In this document: positions 17,350 to 27,322 of the stretch, piece by piece
Position numbering within the stretch: position 1 is the first letter of the stretch
How the letters are laid out: every line of letters starts with the position of its first letter
IMG/VR virus record: IMGVR_UViG_3300009508_000001
Span: 37,616-101,615 of that record
Source of the DNA: a virus
Lineage: Duplodnaviria > Caudoviricetes
Length of the DNA stretch: 64,000 bases
Reading direction: 5' to 3' (one strand)
Notes under the pieces: model-generated
Database searches by the model: none
What the model was told of the DNA's origin: nothing
The model's input: the letters and a program-made list of their open reading frames with translations, nothing else
Position numbers and translations under genes: made by a program

Positions 17350-19188
17350 ATGAAAACAATCTTAATATTAATATTAATACATTATGTATTATTACTCGTA
17401 AGAAAGAATAAAAATTCATCAGTTTTATCTTGTGGTTTATTTGGATGGGTAGGAAGTAGCTCAGATAAATTTTCTAAAGATAAATTTGATAAATTAGGTA
17501 TGTATAATGTAGAGAGAGGTAAACACTCTTGTGGAGTTGCTGTAAATGGTGAGTTATACAAAGGTATTGGAGTGATATCTGAATATCAAGATTATATAAT
17601 CAAAAATACAACTCCTCATCCAAAAGAATCTACAGTAGTTATAGGTCATACTAGACATGCTACAGTAGGTAAACATACTATTTCTGCTGCTCACCCTTTT
17701 AAATTTGATTATGGTGAAGAAGGTTATTTTATAGGTGCTCATAATGGAACACTTAAAAATTATCATCAAATAGCTAGAGAATATGGAATTGATGCTACTG
17801 GTAAAATTGATAGTCAAATATTATTAGAAATTATATCCAAAGATGATGCTAATATTAAAGTTTTAGAACAGTATTATGGTGCTGCTGCATTATTAATGCA
17901 TAGTTCTGAAAACCCTGATACTATGTATTTATTTAGAGGTAAATCTAAACAAGATACTTTTACTAATACTTATGAAAGGGACGAAAGACCTTTATATTAT
18001 TGGCAAGAGAATGATGGTAGCATGTATATTTCATCTTTAAAAGATTCATTATTAGCAATAATTAATGTTGAAGAGGATAAAAAAAATATATTTGAAGTTG
18101 CTCCTAATAGAATCTATGAGATAAAAGCTGGTAAAATAGTTAAAAAATGTGTTATAGATAGAAGTAATGTTATTGACTATTATGAAACTAAAAAGAAAGA
18201 GTTTGCTAATACTACTAAACCAAAATCTACTACAAATAGTAGAATAGGTTATAATAGAACATTAGATTCAAATTCTAATGATGATATGAATACTAATGAT
18301 CACGCTATAAATAATTTATTTTATGAAAAGAAATATATTAAAAATACGTATCAAGAAATCAACTTTAACAAACTAAGATGGTTTGATTCTGAAAATAAAA
18401 GAGTTAGTGGTATTCACATATTTATAGATCAAATTGGTTATGTTAAAATTGGAGATGATATTAATAAACTTAAAAGTAAATTATCAGATTTTAGTTTTTT
18501 AGATTCTTCTTTAACCCAGCCTGAAAATATCAATTTTGGAAATATCGAAGATGCAGATTTATTTTATTTTCATAATGGAGTTCTTTTAGAAACAGAAGAA
18601 GACTATATGTTTTGTCTTAATCCTTCATTAGCTAGAAAAAAAGAACCTACATTTGAAGATTATTCTGACATGTCTGTTCATCCTATTATTGATTTAGATA
18701 GGATAAAAAAAGAGGATGTTATAACAAGAGCTAAACAAGCTATTACTAAAGATAGTAAAATGTTTAGTGGTCAAATAATAATGGCTGGAAGTTATGTTGT
18801 TTATACTGTCCATAATGGTATATTAACCAAAGCATCCTTAAAAGATGAAATGATAGAATATGACAGTGCTAATTTTAATACTCTTGATATTTTTGAAAAC
18901 GCCTCTATAACTTCTTCTAAACTTGAAGATGAAGAAGAGGATGATGTAGAAGATTCTACTTTTGAAGAAGAAATTAATTCTATGATGGAATTAGGTAGTA
19001 TAGATGAAATAGATACTGTATTTGAAGTAATGTCTAATTTTGACGCAGCTATAGAAAGCGTACAAGAATTAAAAGAGTATAAGTCAAATAGTAAATTAAC
19101 TAATATGATTATAGAGTTTACAGAAACTTTAGAAAATGGCTTAAAACCAATTTCAGAAGCAGTAAATTCTATTAATCAAAATGTGTAA
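17350..19188 (+). CDS. Class II (Ntn) glutamine amidotransferase with 27-aa N-terminal leader and long acidic C-terminal region
   Basis: CGLFG, RGKHSCG, IGHTRHATVG, AHPF, HNGTL, IDSQ, ERPL. Confidence 0.88.
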   Translation: MKTILILILIHYVLLLVRKNKNSSVLSCGLFGWVGSSSDKFSKDKFDKLGMYNVERGKHSCGVAVNGELYKGIGVISEYQDYIIKNTTPHPKESTVVIGHTRHATVGKHTISAAHPFKFDYGEEGYFIGAHNGTLKNYHQIAREYGIDATGKIDSQILLEIISKDDANIKVLEQYYGAAALLMHSSENPDTMYLFRGKSKQDTFTNTYERDERPLYYWQENDGSMYISSLKDSLLAIINVEEDKKNIFEVAPNRIYEIKAGKIVKKCVIDRSNVIDYYETKKKEFANTTKPKSTTNSRIGYNRTLDSNSNDDMNTNDHAINNLFYEKKYIKNTYQEINFNKLRWFDSENKRVSGIHIFIDQIGYVKIGDDINKLKSKLSDFSFLDSSLTQPENINFGNIEDADLFYFHNGVLLETEEDYMFCLNPSLARKKEPTFEDYSDMSVHPIIDLDRIKKEDVITRAKQAITKDSKMFSGQIIMAGSYVVYTVHNGILTKASLKDEMIEYDSANFNTLDIFENASITSSKLEDEEEDDVEDSTFEEEINSMMELGSIDEIDTVFEVMSNFDAAIESVQELKEYKSNSKLTNMIIEFTETLENGLKPISEAVNSINQNV

Positions 19189-19196
19189 TAATAACA

Positions 19197-20741
19197 ATGG
19201 ATAAAAACAGAATTATTAAAACTTTTACAGGTAAAAAAGCAAAAAGATCAGACTGTAAAAGAATAAGAGGTCAATATTATTTAGTTGGTGATGTTTCAAT
19301 AAAAGATAGTGGTGAATGCTATAAAATTGAAGATCAATATCATAGATTTAATAATGGTCTTATAGAATATGATCATAATGTAAAAAAATATGTTTTAATT
19401 CATAAAAATCATTTAAAATCAGGTATTGTAGATATTAATAATGAAGAACCTATTATAGGTTTTTATACACCTAATTTAGTTGAAAATGTTGTTCTACGTG
19501 ATGATCCTAATAAAGTATCTAAAGATTTACATTGTATATCTGAAGAAATAGCTTTAAAATTAGGATATAAAGAACGTTTAGGAGATGGTATTTTTTATAG
19601 TACTAAACATTCATCTATTACAGCAAAGTTTCTTAATGAAATTAGTAATAAAATTATTAATAAATCAAGATTACCTTATGATAGTAGATTTTCTCAAGGG
19701 ATAACTAAAAATATATTTAATTCTCATTTTAAACCAGATTACTCTAATAATCAGTTAAATGTTTTAGGTGATTGGTTAGAAGATAATGGAATTACTTTTG
19801 GTGTAGAATTTGAAACTTCTACAGGTTATGTTGCTGAAAGATTATGTTATAAATATGGTGTTTTAGCTTTAAGAGATGGTAGTATTGACGGTTTAGAATA
19901 TGTTACTATACCTTTATCTGGTAAAAAAGGTTTATATGCTTTAAAAGGTATTTGTGAAGAACTTAAAAAGCGTACTAAATTTGATATAAAATGTGCATTG
20001 CATATTCACGTAGGAGGTCTTAAAAGAGAAGAAAATTCTATATTAGCTTCTTATAATTTAGGATATCTTTTACAAGATGAATTATTTGAAATGCAACCTT
20101 TTTACAAAAGAGGTAATACAGGTTATCATAATAATCCTAGAGAAAAAGATTATTCTAAAAAAATTGCTAAATCTGTTCATGATAATATTAATGAACCTAA
20201 AACTTTAAAAGAAAAGTTTGCTAGATTATTTTATATGGCTTCTGACAGTAGAAGTTATGATAATTATAATAATGATCTTAAAAAAGTTAAAAAGCATCCT
20301 AGTGATCCTAAAGGTACATCTAAATGGAATATTCATTCTAGATATACTTGGTTAAATTTAGTACCTATAATTTTTGGTAATAAGAAAACTTTAGAATTTA
20401 GACAACATTCACCAACGTTTGAATTTGAAAAAGTAGTTAATTTTTTAATATTCTGTTCTACATTTGTTAAATTTGTAAATATTAATTCTGATAAACTAGC
20501 TGATAATACTTCAGATTTGTATAAAGAATTAAAATCTTCAAGTAATAAATTAGAATATGTTATTAAGAAATCATTACCTCTTCTTAAATTTAAGGATATT
20601 ATTGAAAGATATGTATCTTATAATTCTTTAAGAACTAAAATAATGGAAACTCTTAAAGCTAAAAAAGATTATTTAGGTAAAAATGAAGCTAAATTTGATT
20701 CTATGTATGGAGCTTTAACTAAAGATAATTTTTGGAATTAA
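19197..20741 (+). CDS. Putative amidoligase (Amidoligase_2-like COOH-NH2 ligase)
   Basis: TFGVEFET, RDGSI, EYVT, CALHIHVG, RYTWLN, TLEFRQH. Confidence 0.85.
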   Translation: MDKNRIIKTFTGKKAKRSDCKRIRGQYYLVGDVSIKDSGECYKIEDQYHRFNNGLIEYDHNVKKYVLIHKNHLKSGIVDINNEEPIIGFYTPNLVENVVLRDDPNKVSKDLHCISEEIALKLGYKERLGDGIFYSTKHSSITAKFLNEISNKIINKSRLPYDSRFSQGITKNIFNSHFKPDYSNNQLNVLGDWLEDNGITFGVEFETSTGYVAERLCYKYGVLALRDGSIDGLEYVTIPLSGKKGLYALKGICEELKKRTKFDIKCALHIHVGGLKREENSILASYNLGYLLQDELFEMQPFYKRGNTGYHNNPREKDYSKKIAKSVHDNINEPKTLKEKFARLFYMASDSRSYDNYNNDLKKVKKHPSDPKGTSKWNIHSRYTWLNLVPIIFGNKKTLEFRQHSPTFEFEKVVNFLIFCSTFVKFVNINSDKLADNTSDLYKELKSSSNKLEYVIKKSLPLLKFKDIIERYVSYNSLRTKIMETLKAKKDYLGKNEAKFDSMYGALTKDNFWN

Positions 20742-21430
20742 TGAATTGGACTAAACACTTAGGTGAATGGTATAAGATCCCTGAAGTAAGGGATCTTGTA
20801 TCTTCTCCTTATATGAAAAAAGTATTACAATATCTACAGAATGAATATGATAAAAAGATAATATACCCTGATAAAAAAGATGTATTTAAAGCTTTTAAAT
20901 TATGTAATCCTAAGAAGATAAAAGTTGTAATATTAGGACAAGATCCTTACTTTGATGGTAATGCTACAGGTTTAGCTTTTGCTAATAAAGACTATATATT
21001 AAAAACAAGTCCTTCATTAACAAAAATTATTGAATCTGTAGAAAGAGAAGTATATAAGGAATTTAATCTTGATTTTGACCCAACATTAGAAGATTGGGCA
21101 GATCAAGGTGTTTTATTACTTAATACAGCTTTAACTGTAACTCGTAATAAACCTACTTCTCATTTTAAAGTATGGGATAGATTTACTAAACAAATTTTAA
21201 AAATTATTAGTGAAAATAATCCAGGTTTAATAGTTATGCTATGGGGTAATAATGCTCAAAAATATGAAACTACTGATGTTTATGATTTAAGTAAACAATG
21301 TTATGTATTAAAAGCAATACATCCAGCAGCTTCAGCTCATAATAAAACAGATTGGAAATGTGATAACTTTGTAAAAGCTAATGATATAATAAGAGAAAAT
21401 AATGGAGAAGAATTTTGTATTAAATGGTAA
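20741..21430 (+). CDS. ung: Family 1 uracil-DNA glycosylase
   Basis: KVVILGQDPY, ATGLAF, SPSL, QGVLLLNTALTV, MLWG, HPAA; ATG 20741 overlaps the upstream TAA. Confidence 0.93.
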   Translation: MNWTKHLGEWYKIPEVRDLVSSPYMKKVLQYLQNEYDKKIIYPDKKDVFKAFKLCNPKKIKVVILGQDPYFDGNATGLAFANKDYILKTSPSLTKIIESVEREVYKEFNLDFDPTLEDWADQGVLLLNTALTVTRNKPTSHFKVWDRFTKQILKIISENNPGLIVMLWGNNAQKYETTDVYDLSKQCYVLKAIHPAASAHNKTDWKCDNFVKANDIIRENNGEEFCIKW

Positions 21431-21773
21431 TAAACTTATTAGAAAGTTTGAATTAAAAATTGATGATAATAAGTTTTTTATTGATAAATATGATTTAAAA
21501 TATCATAAATCATGGGATTGGTTAATGCAAATTGTTGAAAAGATTGAATATTTATATGAAGATGAATCAACTTTACCTAAAATAAATATAAATTCTCATT
21601 ATTGTGAATTTAGTTTATATTTAGAACAAAAAGATACTTTTAGAGCTATAGCAGGATGCATTCCTGAAAGTCCTGAAAAAGTAATTATGAAATCTAAATT
21701 AGAAGCAGTTTATTATGTAGTAATTAAATTTATAGAATGGTATAATGAAAACAACAAAAGTAACAAGAGTTGA
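21402..21773 (+). CDS. Hypothetical protein
   Basis: YHKSWDWLMQIVEKIE...EAVYYVVIKFIEWYN, a motif seen in small phage proteins. Confidence 0.7.
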   Translation: MEKNFVLNGNKLIRKFELKIDDNKFFIDKYDLKYHKSWDWLMQIVEKIEYLYEDESTLPKININSHYCEFSLYLEQKDTFRAIAGCIPESPEKVIMKSKLEAVYYVVIKFIEWYNENNKSNKS

Positions 21774-21897
21774 AATTATTAAAGAAGGTATAGGAAGACA
21801 ATTTGTAGATATGAATTGTGAAATTGATGAAATTCAATTACAAGATGATAATAAAACTATGAAAATATTTCTTAAAAATGGTAAAAAAAAGAAATAA
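21745..21897 (+). CDS. 50-aa hypothetical protein, not in ORF track
   Basis: MKTTKVTRVEIIKEGIGRQFV...LQDDNKTMKIFLK; overlaps neighbours in operon fashion. Confidence 0.6.
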   Translation: MKTTKVTRVEIIKEGIGRQFVDMNCEIDEIQLQDDNKTMKIFLKNGKKKK

Positions 21898-22018
21898 AGC
21901 TTATATGATTGAATTGTGTACCCAAATGATTGAATTATATAGGAATGGTAAATCTAGATGGGCAGAACCTAATAAAAAAATATGGGAGAAAAAATTAGAA
22001 ATATGGAAAAACAAATAA
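21878..22018 (+). CDS. 46-aa hypothetical protein, not in ORF track
   Basis: MVKKRNKAYMIELCTQMIELYRNGKSRW...; fills the gap before the resolvase. Confidence 0.45.
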   Translation: MVKKRNKAYMIELCTQMIELYRNGKSRWAEPNKKIWEKKLEIWKNK

Positions 22019-22036
22019 AAAAAGAATAAAAAATAT

Positions 22037-22414
22037 ATGACATTATTTTGTGAGGGCAACGTCCCTTCTTCTAAAAATGGTCGTCGTTGGACTGGTAAAC
22101 ATTTTATACCTTCTAAGGCGACTGTTAAATGGAGAAAGAATACAAAATGGTGGTGGGAGAAAAATAAAGATTTATTTAAAGAGTTAATTAATAACAAAGA
22201 AAAACCACTTAAAATTGGATTTCACTTTGTTAGAGGTACTCGTCACAAATATGATTGGGTTAATCCTTTACAAACTATACAAGATGAAATGACTGAGATG
22301 GGATGGATAGATGATGATAATGTAGAAGAAATAGTTCCATTTCCTTTTAAAGTTAAAAAATCTTATACTAGTTATAATAAAGAAAAACCAGGATTTTATA
22401 TAAAAGTGTATTAA
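22037..22414 (+). CDS. RusA-like Holliday junction resolvase
   Basis: GNVPSSKN, HKYDWVNPLQTIQDEM..GWIDDDN. Confidence 0.75.
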   Translation: MTLFCEGNVPSSKNGRRWTGKHFIPSKATVKWRKNTKWWWEKNKDLFKELINNKEKPLKIGFHFVRGTRHKYDWVNPLQTIQDEMTEMGWIDDDNVEEIVPFPFKVKKSYTSYNKEKPGFYIKVY

Positions 22415-23695
22415 ATGAGTATGACAGAAAAAGAATACAGGCAATTACCTTATAGTGAATATTTTAGTGCTAGTTTTATTAAAATGTTTGATAAAGAAGG
22501 TCCTAAATGCCTTATAGAAAAAATTGTTTATGATAACAAAGAATTATTAAAAGGTTCAATTATTGATTCTTTAGCATTTGATAAAAACAATTTTGAAAAT
22601 ATATACTATGTTTCAAGTAGTATAAAAGAACCTACAGTAACTGAAAAAACATTATTAGATAGTTTTAAAGCTACTATAGAATTAAAAGATATTGAGTCTC
22701 CACTTTATATTAAAGAGGGTTTAAATCTTATCAAAAATTTAAAATTGTGGAAAAACATAAAAAAAGAAGATATCTTAATTGAAAAATTAAATAACCCCGA
22801 ATTTAAAAAACATTTAAAAGATTTATTTCTTTCTGAAGGTAAAATTGTTATATCAGGTAATGATTATATGAATTCTTTAGATACAGTTAAAAATCTTAAA
22901 AATAATAAATTTACTAAAGAGTATTTTGAATCTAAAGATATTAAAAAAAAACAAGCATTATTTCAAATTCCTATAATATTTAATATTCAAGATGATAAAT
23001 TTAAATGTTTACTTGATATATTATTAATAGATCATACAAATAAACAGATTAGAGCTGTAGATTTAAAAACAGGTTTTGATACTAATTCATCATTTAAATA
23101 TTCTATTTTAAAATGGAGATATGATATACAAGCTGCTTTATATACTAAAGCTCTTGAGAATTATATTATAGAAAATGATTTAAAAGATTATAGTATAGAA
23201 AATCCTATATTTATTTATACTCAAGTTTCTCAACCAGATAGACCATTATGTTTTGAATTTAATCATCAAGTAGTTAAAGCAGCTTTTAGAGGTTTTAAAT
23301 TATCTAATGGTTATAAGTATAAAGGTATATTTGAATTAGTAGAAGAAATTAATTGGCATAGAGAAAATGAAATATATAATTATTCTAAAGAAGAATATGA
23401 AAATAATGGTAAAGTAGATTTAACATTATCTTCTATGAATATAGATGATTATACGAATGATATGCCAAACAATTTTTTTAATAATTATAATAGACAAGAA
23501 CCTTTACCTTTTTACACAGGAACAGAAGGAGGTATATCTGCTAGTCAAAGAATTATTTTAGAAAGAGAACTGCGTGGTTTAAGAAATGGTACTTTTGGAC
23601 TTGGAAGAACTGTAGACCCTAATGAAATACCAAGACCAGAAAGAGTAGTAATACGTGATGAAGTAAGAGATAATAATGAAGAACAAGGATGGTAA
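22415..23695 (+). CDS. PD-(D/E)XK exonuclease (RecE/ExoVIII-like)
   Basis: KCLLDILLID...VDLKT...YDIQAALY. Confidence 0.82.
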   Translation: MSMTEKEYRQLPYSEYFSASFIKMFDKEGPKCLIEKIVYDNKELLKGSIIDSLAFDKNNFENIYYVSSSIKEPTVTEKTLLDSFKATIELKDIESPLYIKEGLNLIKNLKLWKNIKKEDILIEKLNNPEFKKHLKDLFLSEGKIVISGNDYMNSLDTVKNLKNNKFTKEYFESKDIKKKQALFQIPIIFNIQDDKFKCLLDILLIDHTNKQIRAVDLKTGFDTNSSFKYSILKWRYDIQAALYTKALENYIIENDLKDYSIENPIFIYTQVSQPDRPLCFEFNHQVVKAAFRGFKLSNGYKYKGIFELVEEINWHRENEIYNYSKEEYENNGKVDLTLSSMNIDDYTNDMPNNFFNNYNRQEPLPFYTGTEGGISASQRIILERELRGLRNGTFGLGRTVDPNEIPRPERVVIRDEVRDNNEEQGW

Positions 23696-24279
23696 AAAAT
23701 TATAGTTATACATATCTTTTACCTTTATTATCAGAATTAGTTTATTTAAATAAAGAAATACATAAATGTATAAGAAATACTTATGTTTTTAGTAATAAAA
23801 ATGGAGAAATAGGTAAATTCTATATATTATGTTCTTATAATTATAAAGATCCTAAATATTCTATTTATGAAGAAAAATTAACAAGTAATGAATTATATGT
23901 AACATCATATGATATTAAAGAAATGGTGTTATATGAATTTAACTTTCCTAAAGTTTATACTTTTGAACAAGTAAAATTTATAAATGGGGAATATTCATTA
24001 TTTAAAAAAGATGCTAAAAAATTAATATTAACTTTTTGGACTGAATTATATGGTCATATACCAAGTTTTGTAACAGGTAGTCTGTTAAAGATAAAACAAA
24101 TATTATATAAGGAAGAAAAATTAAAATTAAAATTAGAAGAAGAATTAGGAGAAACTATTGAAGATCATCAAGAACTTGGTCAAAAAATAGAAGTAAAAGA
24201 TGAAACATTTATATTTGATGAAAAAAATGAAAAAATAAAATTAACAGATTTAAAAAAATTATTTAAAAAAGATGAGTAG
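23689..24279 (+). CDS. Hypothetical protein
   Basis: 196-aa ORF overlapping both neighbours. Confidence 0.7.
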   Translation: MVKNYSYTYLLPLLSELVYLNKEIHKCIRNTYVFSNKNGEIGKFYILCSYNYKDPKYSIYEEKLTSNELYVTSYDIKEMVLYEFNFPKVYTFEQVKFINGEYSLFKKDAKKLILTFWTELYGHIPSFVTGSLLKIKQILYKEEKLKLKLEEELGETIEDHQELGQKIEVKDETFIFDEKNEKIKLTDLKKLFKKDE

Positions 24280-24580
24280 AGACATTGGAAAAATAATAAA
24301 TAATATTACAGATTGGGGTAGAGATAAAGGTCTACTCGAAAATGATAAAAAATTAGCTCAATTAGGTAAACTTTTTGAAGAAGGAGGAGAACTTGCAGGA
24401 GCTATATTAAAAGATAATAAGGAAATTCAAAAAGATTCAATTGGTGATTGTGTAGTAGTGCTTACATTATTAGCAGAACAACTAGGTTTTACAATTGGAG
24501 AGTGTACTGAATATGCTTACAACGAAATTAAAGACAGAACTGGTAAAGTTAGTTCTGACGGAAGTTTTATAAAAGATTAA
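24272..24580 (+). CDS. MazG-like NTP pyrophosphohydrolase
   Basis: KLFEEGGELA...DSIGD, AYNEIKDRTGK. Confidence 0.85.
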   Translation: MSRDIGKIINNITDWGRDKGLLENDKKLAQLGKLFEEGGELAGAILKDNKEIQKDSIGDCVVVLTLLAEQLGFTIGECTEYAYNEIKDRTGKVSSDGSFIKD

Positions 24581-24583
24581 TAT

Positions 24584-25558
24584 ATGGATATATTTGAAAA
24601 GAGAGCAAATGTACTTCCATATGAATATCCACAATTGATGAAATATAAGGATGCTATTAGACATTCTTATTGGATTCACACAGAGTACAATTTTACACAA
24701 GATATAAGTGATTTTAAAACTAAGTTAACAGATGTTGAACGAGACATAATAACTAAAACAATGCTTGCTATTGCACAAATAGAAGTAAATGTTAAGAGTT
24801 TTTGGGGAGACTTATATAAAAGATTACCAAAATATGAAATTCAAGCTGTAGGTTCTACCTTTTCTGAAAGTGAAACAAGGCATTTTGATGCTTATCAGTT
24901 TCTTTTAGAGAAATTAGGGTTGCAAAAACAATTTGAAACAATAGTAGAAGTACCAGCTATTAAAGATAGAATTTCATATCTTACCAAATATTTGGATGGA
25001 ACACGTAGTAAGAGCGATAAGATGTATACTAAATCAGTATTACTCTTTAGCTTGTTTATTGAACATGTCTCTTTATTTAGTCAGTTCTTAATAATGATGT
25101 CTTTTAACAAGGAGAAAAATCTATTTAAAGGAATAGATAACGTAGTACAGGCAACAAGTAAAGAAGAAGATATACATGGTAATTTTGGTAGTGAGTTAAT
25201 CAATATAATAAAACAAGAAAACCCTGAATGGTTTGATGAAGAATTTGAAAAGTTAATATATTCTGCATGCGCTAAAGCGTATGAAGCAGAATGTAAAATT
25301 CTTGACTGGGTATTTGAAAAGGGGGAATTGACATTCCTTCCTAAGAATGTTATTAAAGAATTCATTAAGAAACGATTTAATGACTCTTTGCAGAGAATTG
25401 GTATGGACGCATACTTTAAAACTGATTCAGCTTTATTAGAGCCTACAATGTGGTTTGATGTAGAAATTAAATCTACTAAAGAAGGGGATTTCTTTTATAA
25501 GAAACAAATTGATTATAACAAAAAGAGTGAAAGTGTAACAAGTGATGACTTATTTTAA
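24584..25558 (+). CDS. nrdB: Class I ribonucleotide reductase small subunit
   Basis: PYEYP, SYWIHTE, ETRHFDAY, EHVSLFSQF, KEEDIH, DFF. Confidence 0.93.
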   Translation: MDIFEKRANVLPYEYPQLMKYKDAIRHSYWIHTEYNFTQDISDFKTKLTDVERDIITKTMLAIAQIEVNVKSFWGDLYKRLPKYEIQAVGSTFSESETRHFDAYQFLLEKLGLQKQFETIVEVPAIKDRISYLTKYLDGTRSKSDKMYTKSVLLFSLFIEHVSLFSQFLIMMSFNKEKNLFKGIDNVVQATSKEEDIHGNFGSELINIIKQENPEWFDEEFEKLIYSACAKAYEAECKILDWVFEKGELTFLPKNVIKEFIKKRFNDSLQRIGMDAYFKTDSALLEPTMWFDVEIKSTKEGDFFYKKQIDYNKKSESVTSDDLF

Positions 25559-25568
25559 ATTATAATAC

Positions 25569-25608
25569 CTATTGGTATTGTAGTTTATTTAAGTTAGAAT
25601 ACCAATAG
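25569..25608. repeat. Inverted repeat between nrdB and nrdA
   Basis: CTATTGGTATT ... AATACCAATAG, 11-bp perfect arms. Confidence 0.6.
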
Positions 25609-25645
25609 TATATGATTTATTTATGAGTAGAGACATAAATAAAAT

Positions 25646-27289
25646 ATGAAAGAAGAGAAATACAAGAAATATTATTGGTTAAATGAAGAAAGCCGCAAGT
25701 TTTTATCTAGAGGATATCTAGCAGAAGGAATATCACCTGAGCAGAGAATCAAAGATATAGCTAATTATGCGGAGAAAATACTTGGTGTAAAAGATTTTGC
25801 ACACAAGTTCGAGACATATATGAGTAAAGGGTATTATTCCCTTTCAACACCTGTATGGGTTAATTTTGGTAAAGAAAAAGCTTTACCTATCAGCTGTTAC
25901 GGATCATATGTAGATGATACTATGGATAGCATTTTAAATGGTGCTAGAGAGATTGGAATGATGTCTAAATATGGAGGAGGTACTTCAATGTACTTAGGAA
26001 ATATTAGACCAAGAGGAACTAGTATATCATCTGGCGGTATGGCTGATGGTCCTGTTCATTATGCTAAGATTTATGATAGTGTAATTGACAGATGTAAACA
26101 AGCAGAAGCACGAAGAGGTGCATGTGCATTATATTTACCAGTTGAACATGCAGATATTATGGAATTTTTGGATATTGGTAGTGAAGGAAATGATATTCAA
26201 AACTTACAATTTGGAGTTACTGTAGGAGATGACTGGATGAAGGAGATGATTAGCAATGCTGAATCACCAAATAGAAAAATTTGGGCTAAAATCATAGAAA
26301 AGAGACGTGATTTTGGATTCCCCTATTTGATGTTTAAAGATAACTCTAATAAAAACACACCATACAAAGAACTTGGATTAGACATTGTAGCTAGTAATTT
26401 ATGTAGTGAAATACAATTGCCTTCAGATTCTTATAATTCATTTGTATGTTGTTTAGGTAGTATTAACTTATTACATTGGGAAGAAATTCAAGAAACTGAT
26501 GCTGTAGAAATATATACAATGTTTCTAAATGCTGTGATGGAAGACTTCATAAAAAAATCTGAACACCTTCCTGGTATGAAGCGTGCTTGGAGATTTGCAA
26601 AAGATCACAGAGCAATTGGTTTAGGTGTATTAGGTTATCATTCATTCTTACAATCTAAGCTATTAGAAGTCGATAGTTTAAAGGCTAAGTATTGGAATAG
26701 TACAATATTTAAAACGATCAGAGAACGAGCTGATAAAGCAAGTAAATATTGTAATGAATTTTTAGGGTATAAATGCATCCGCGAAGGATATGCTAATACA
26801 ACGGTAATGGCAGTAGCACCTACTAAAAGTTCAAGCTATATATTAGGACAAGTATCAATGGGAATTGAACCTATTAAGTCAAATTACTTTATCAAGGATT
26901 TGGCTAAAACAAAGGAAGTGTATAAAAATGAAATGCTAGCCATTGAGCTAGAAAAATATGATATGAACACTGCGGAAGTATGGCAATCAATACTTGATAA
27001 TGATGGTTCATGTCAACACTTAGATTTTCCAACTAAAGAGGTATTTAAATCTTATATAGAAATAAGTCCAAAAGAATTAATACTACAAGCTGCACAAAGA
27101 CAAGAATTTATTGATCAGAGTCAAAGTTTAAATCTTATGATTCACCCCAGTATTCCTATTAAGGAAATAAATAAGTTATATATTTATGCGTGGGAAGAAG
27201 GTGTAAAAACCCTCTATTATCAATTTAGTCAAAGTGCTGCCCAATCATTTTCTCGCGATATTAACTCGTGCAGTTCATGTGAAGGATAA
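25646..27289 (+). CDS. nrdA: Class I ribonucleotide reductase large subunit (short, no ATP cone)
   Basis: LPISC, GGGTS, SNLCSEI, RAIGLG, APTKSSS, KTLYY, C-terminal CSSCEG. Confidence 0.94.
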   Translation: MKEEKYKKYYWLNEESRKFLSRGYLAEGISPEQRIKDIANYAEKILGVKDFAHKFETYMSKGYYSLSTPVWVNFGKEKALPISCYGSYVDDTMDSILNGAREIGMMSKYGGGTSMYLGNIRPRGTSISSGGMADGPVHYAKIYDSVIDRCKQAEARRGACALYLPVEHADIMEFLDIGSEGNDIQNLQFGVTVGDDWMKEMISNAESPNRKIWAKIIEKRRDFGFPYLMFKDNSNKNTPYKELGLDIVASNLCSEIQLPSDSYNSFVCCLGSINLLHWEEIQETDAVEIYTMFLNAVMEDFIKKSEHLPGMKRAWRFAKDHRAIGLGVLGYHSFLQSKLLEVDSLKAKYWNSTIFKTIRERADKASKYCNEFLGYKCIREGYANTTVMAVAPTKSSSYILGQVSMGIEPIKSNYFIKDLAKTKEVYKNEMLAIELEKYDMNTAEVWQSILDNDGSCQHLDFPTKEVFKSYIEISPKELILQAAQRQEFIDQSQSLNLMIHPSIPIKEINKLYIYAWEEGVKTLYYQFSQSAAQSFSRDINSCSSCEG

Positions 27290-27322
27290 ATAAAAGTTGG
27301 GCGGGAGGGAGGATCATTATAT

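Noticed and set aside
1640-25365. Minus-strand ORFs in the replication module (1640, 3203, 5594, 7823, 8928, 13525, 17554, 21901, 24482, 25081) and alternative-frame ORF 15479
   Set aside because: They are shadows of well-supported plus-strand genes, with I/F/S-rich composition and no motifs or leaders.
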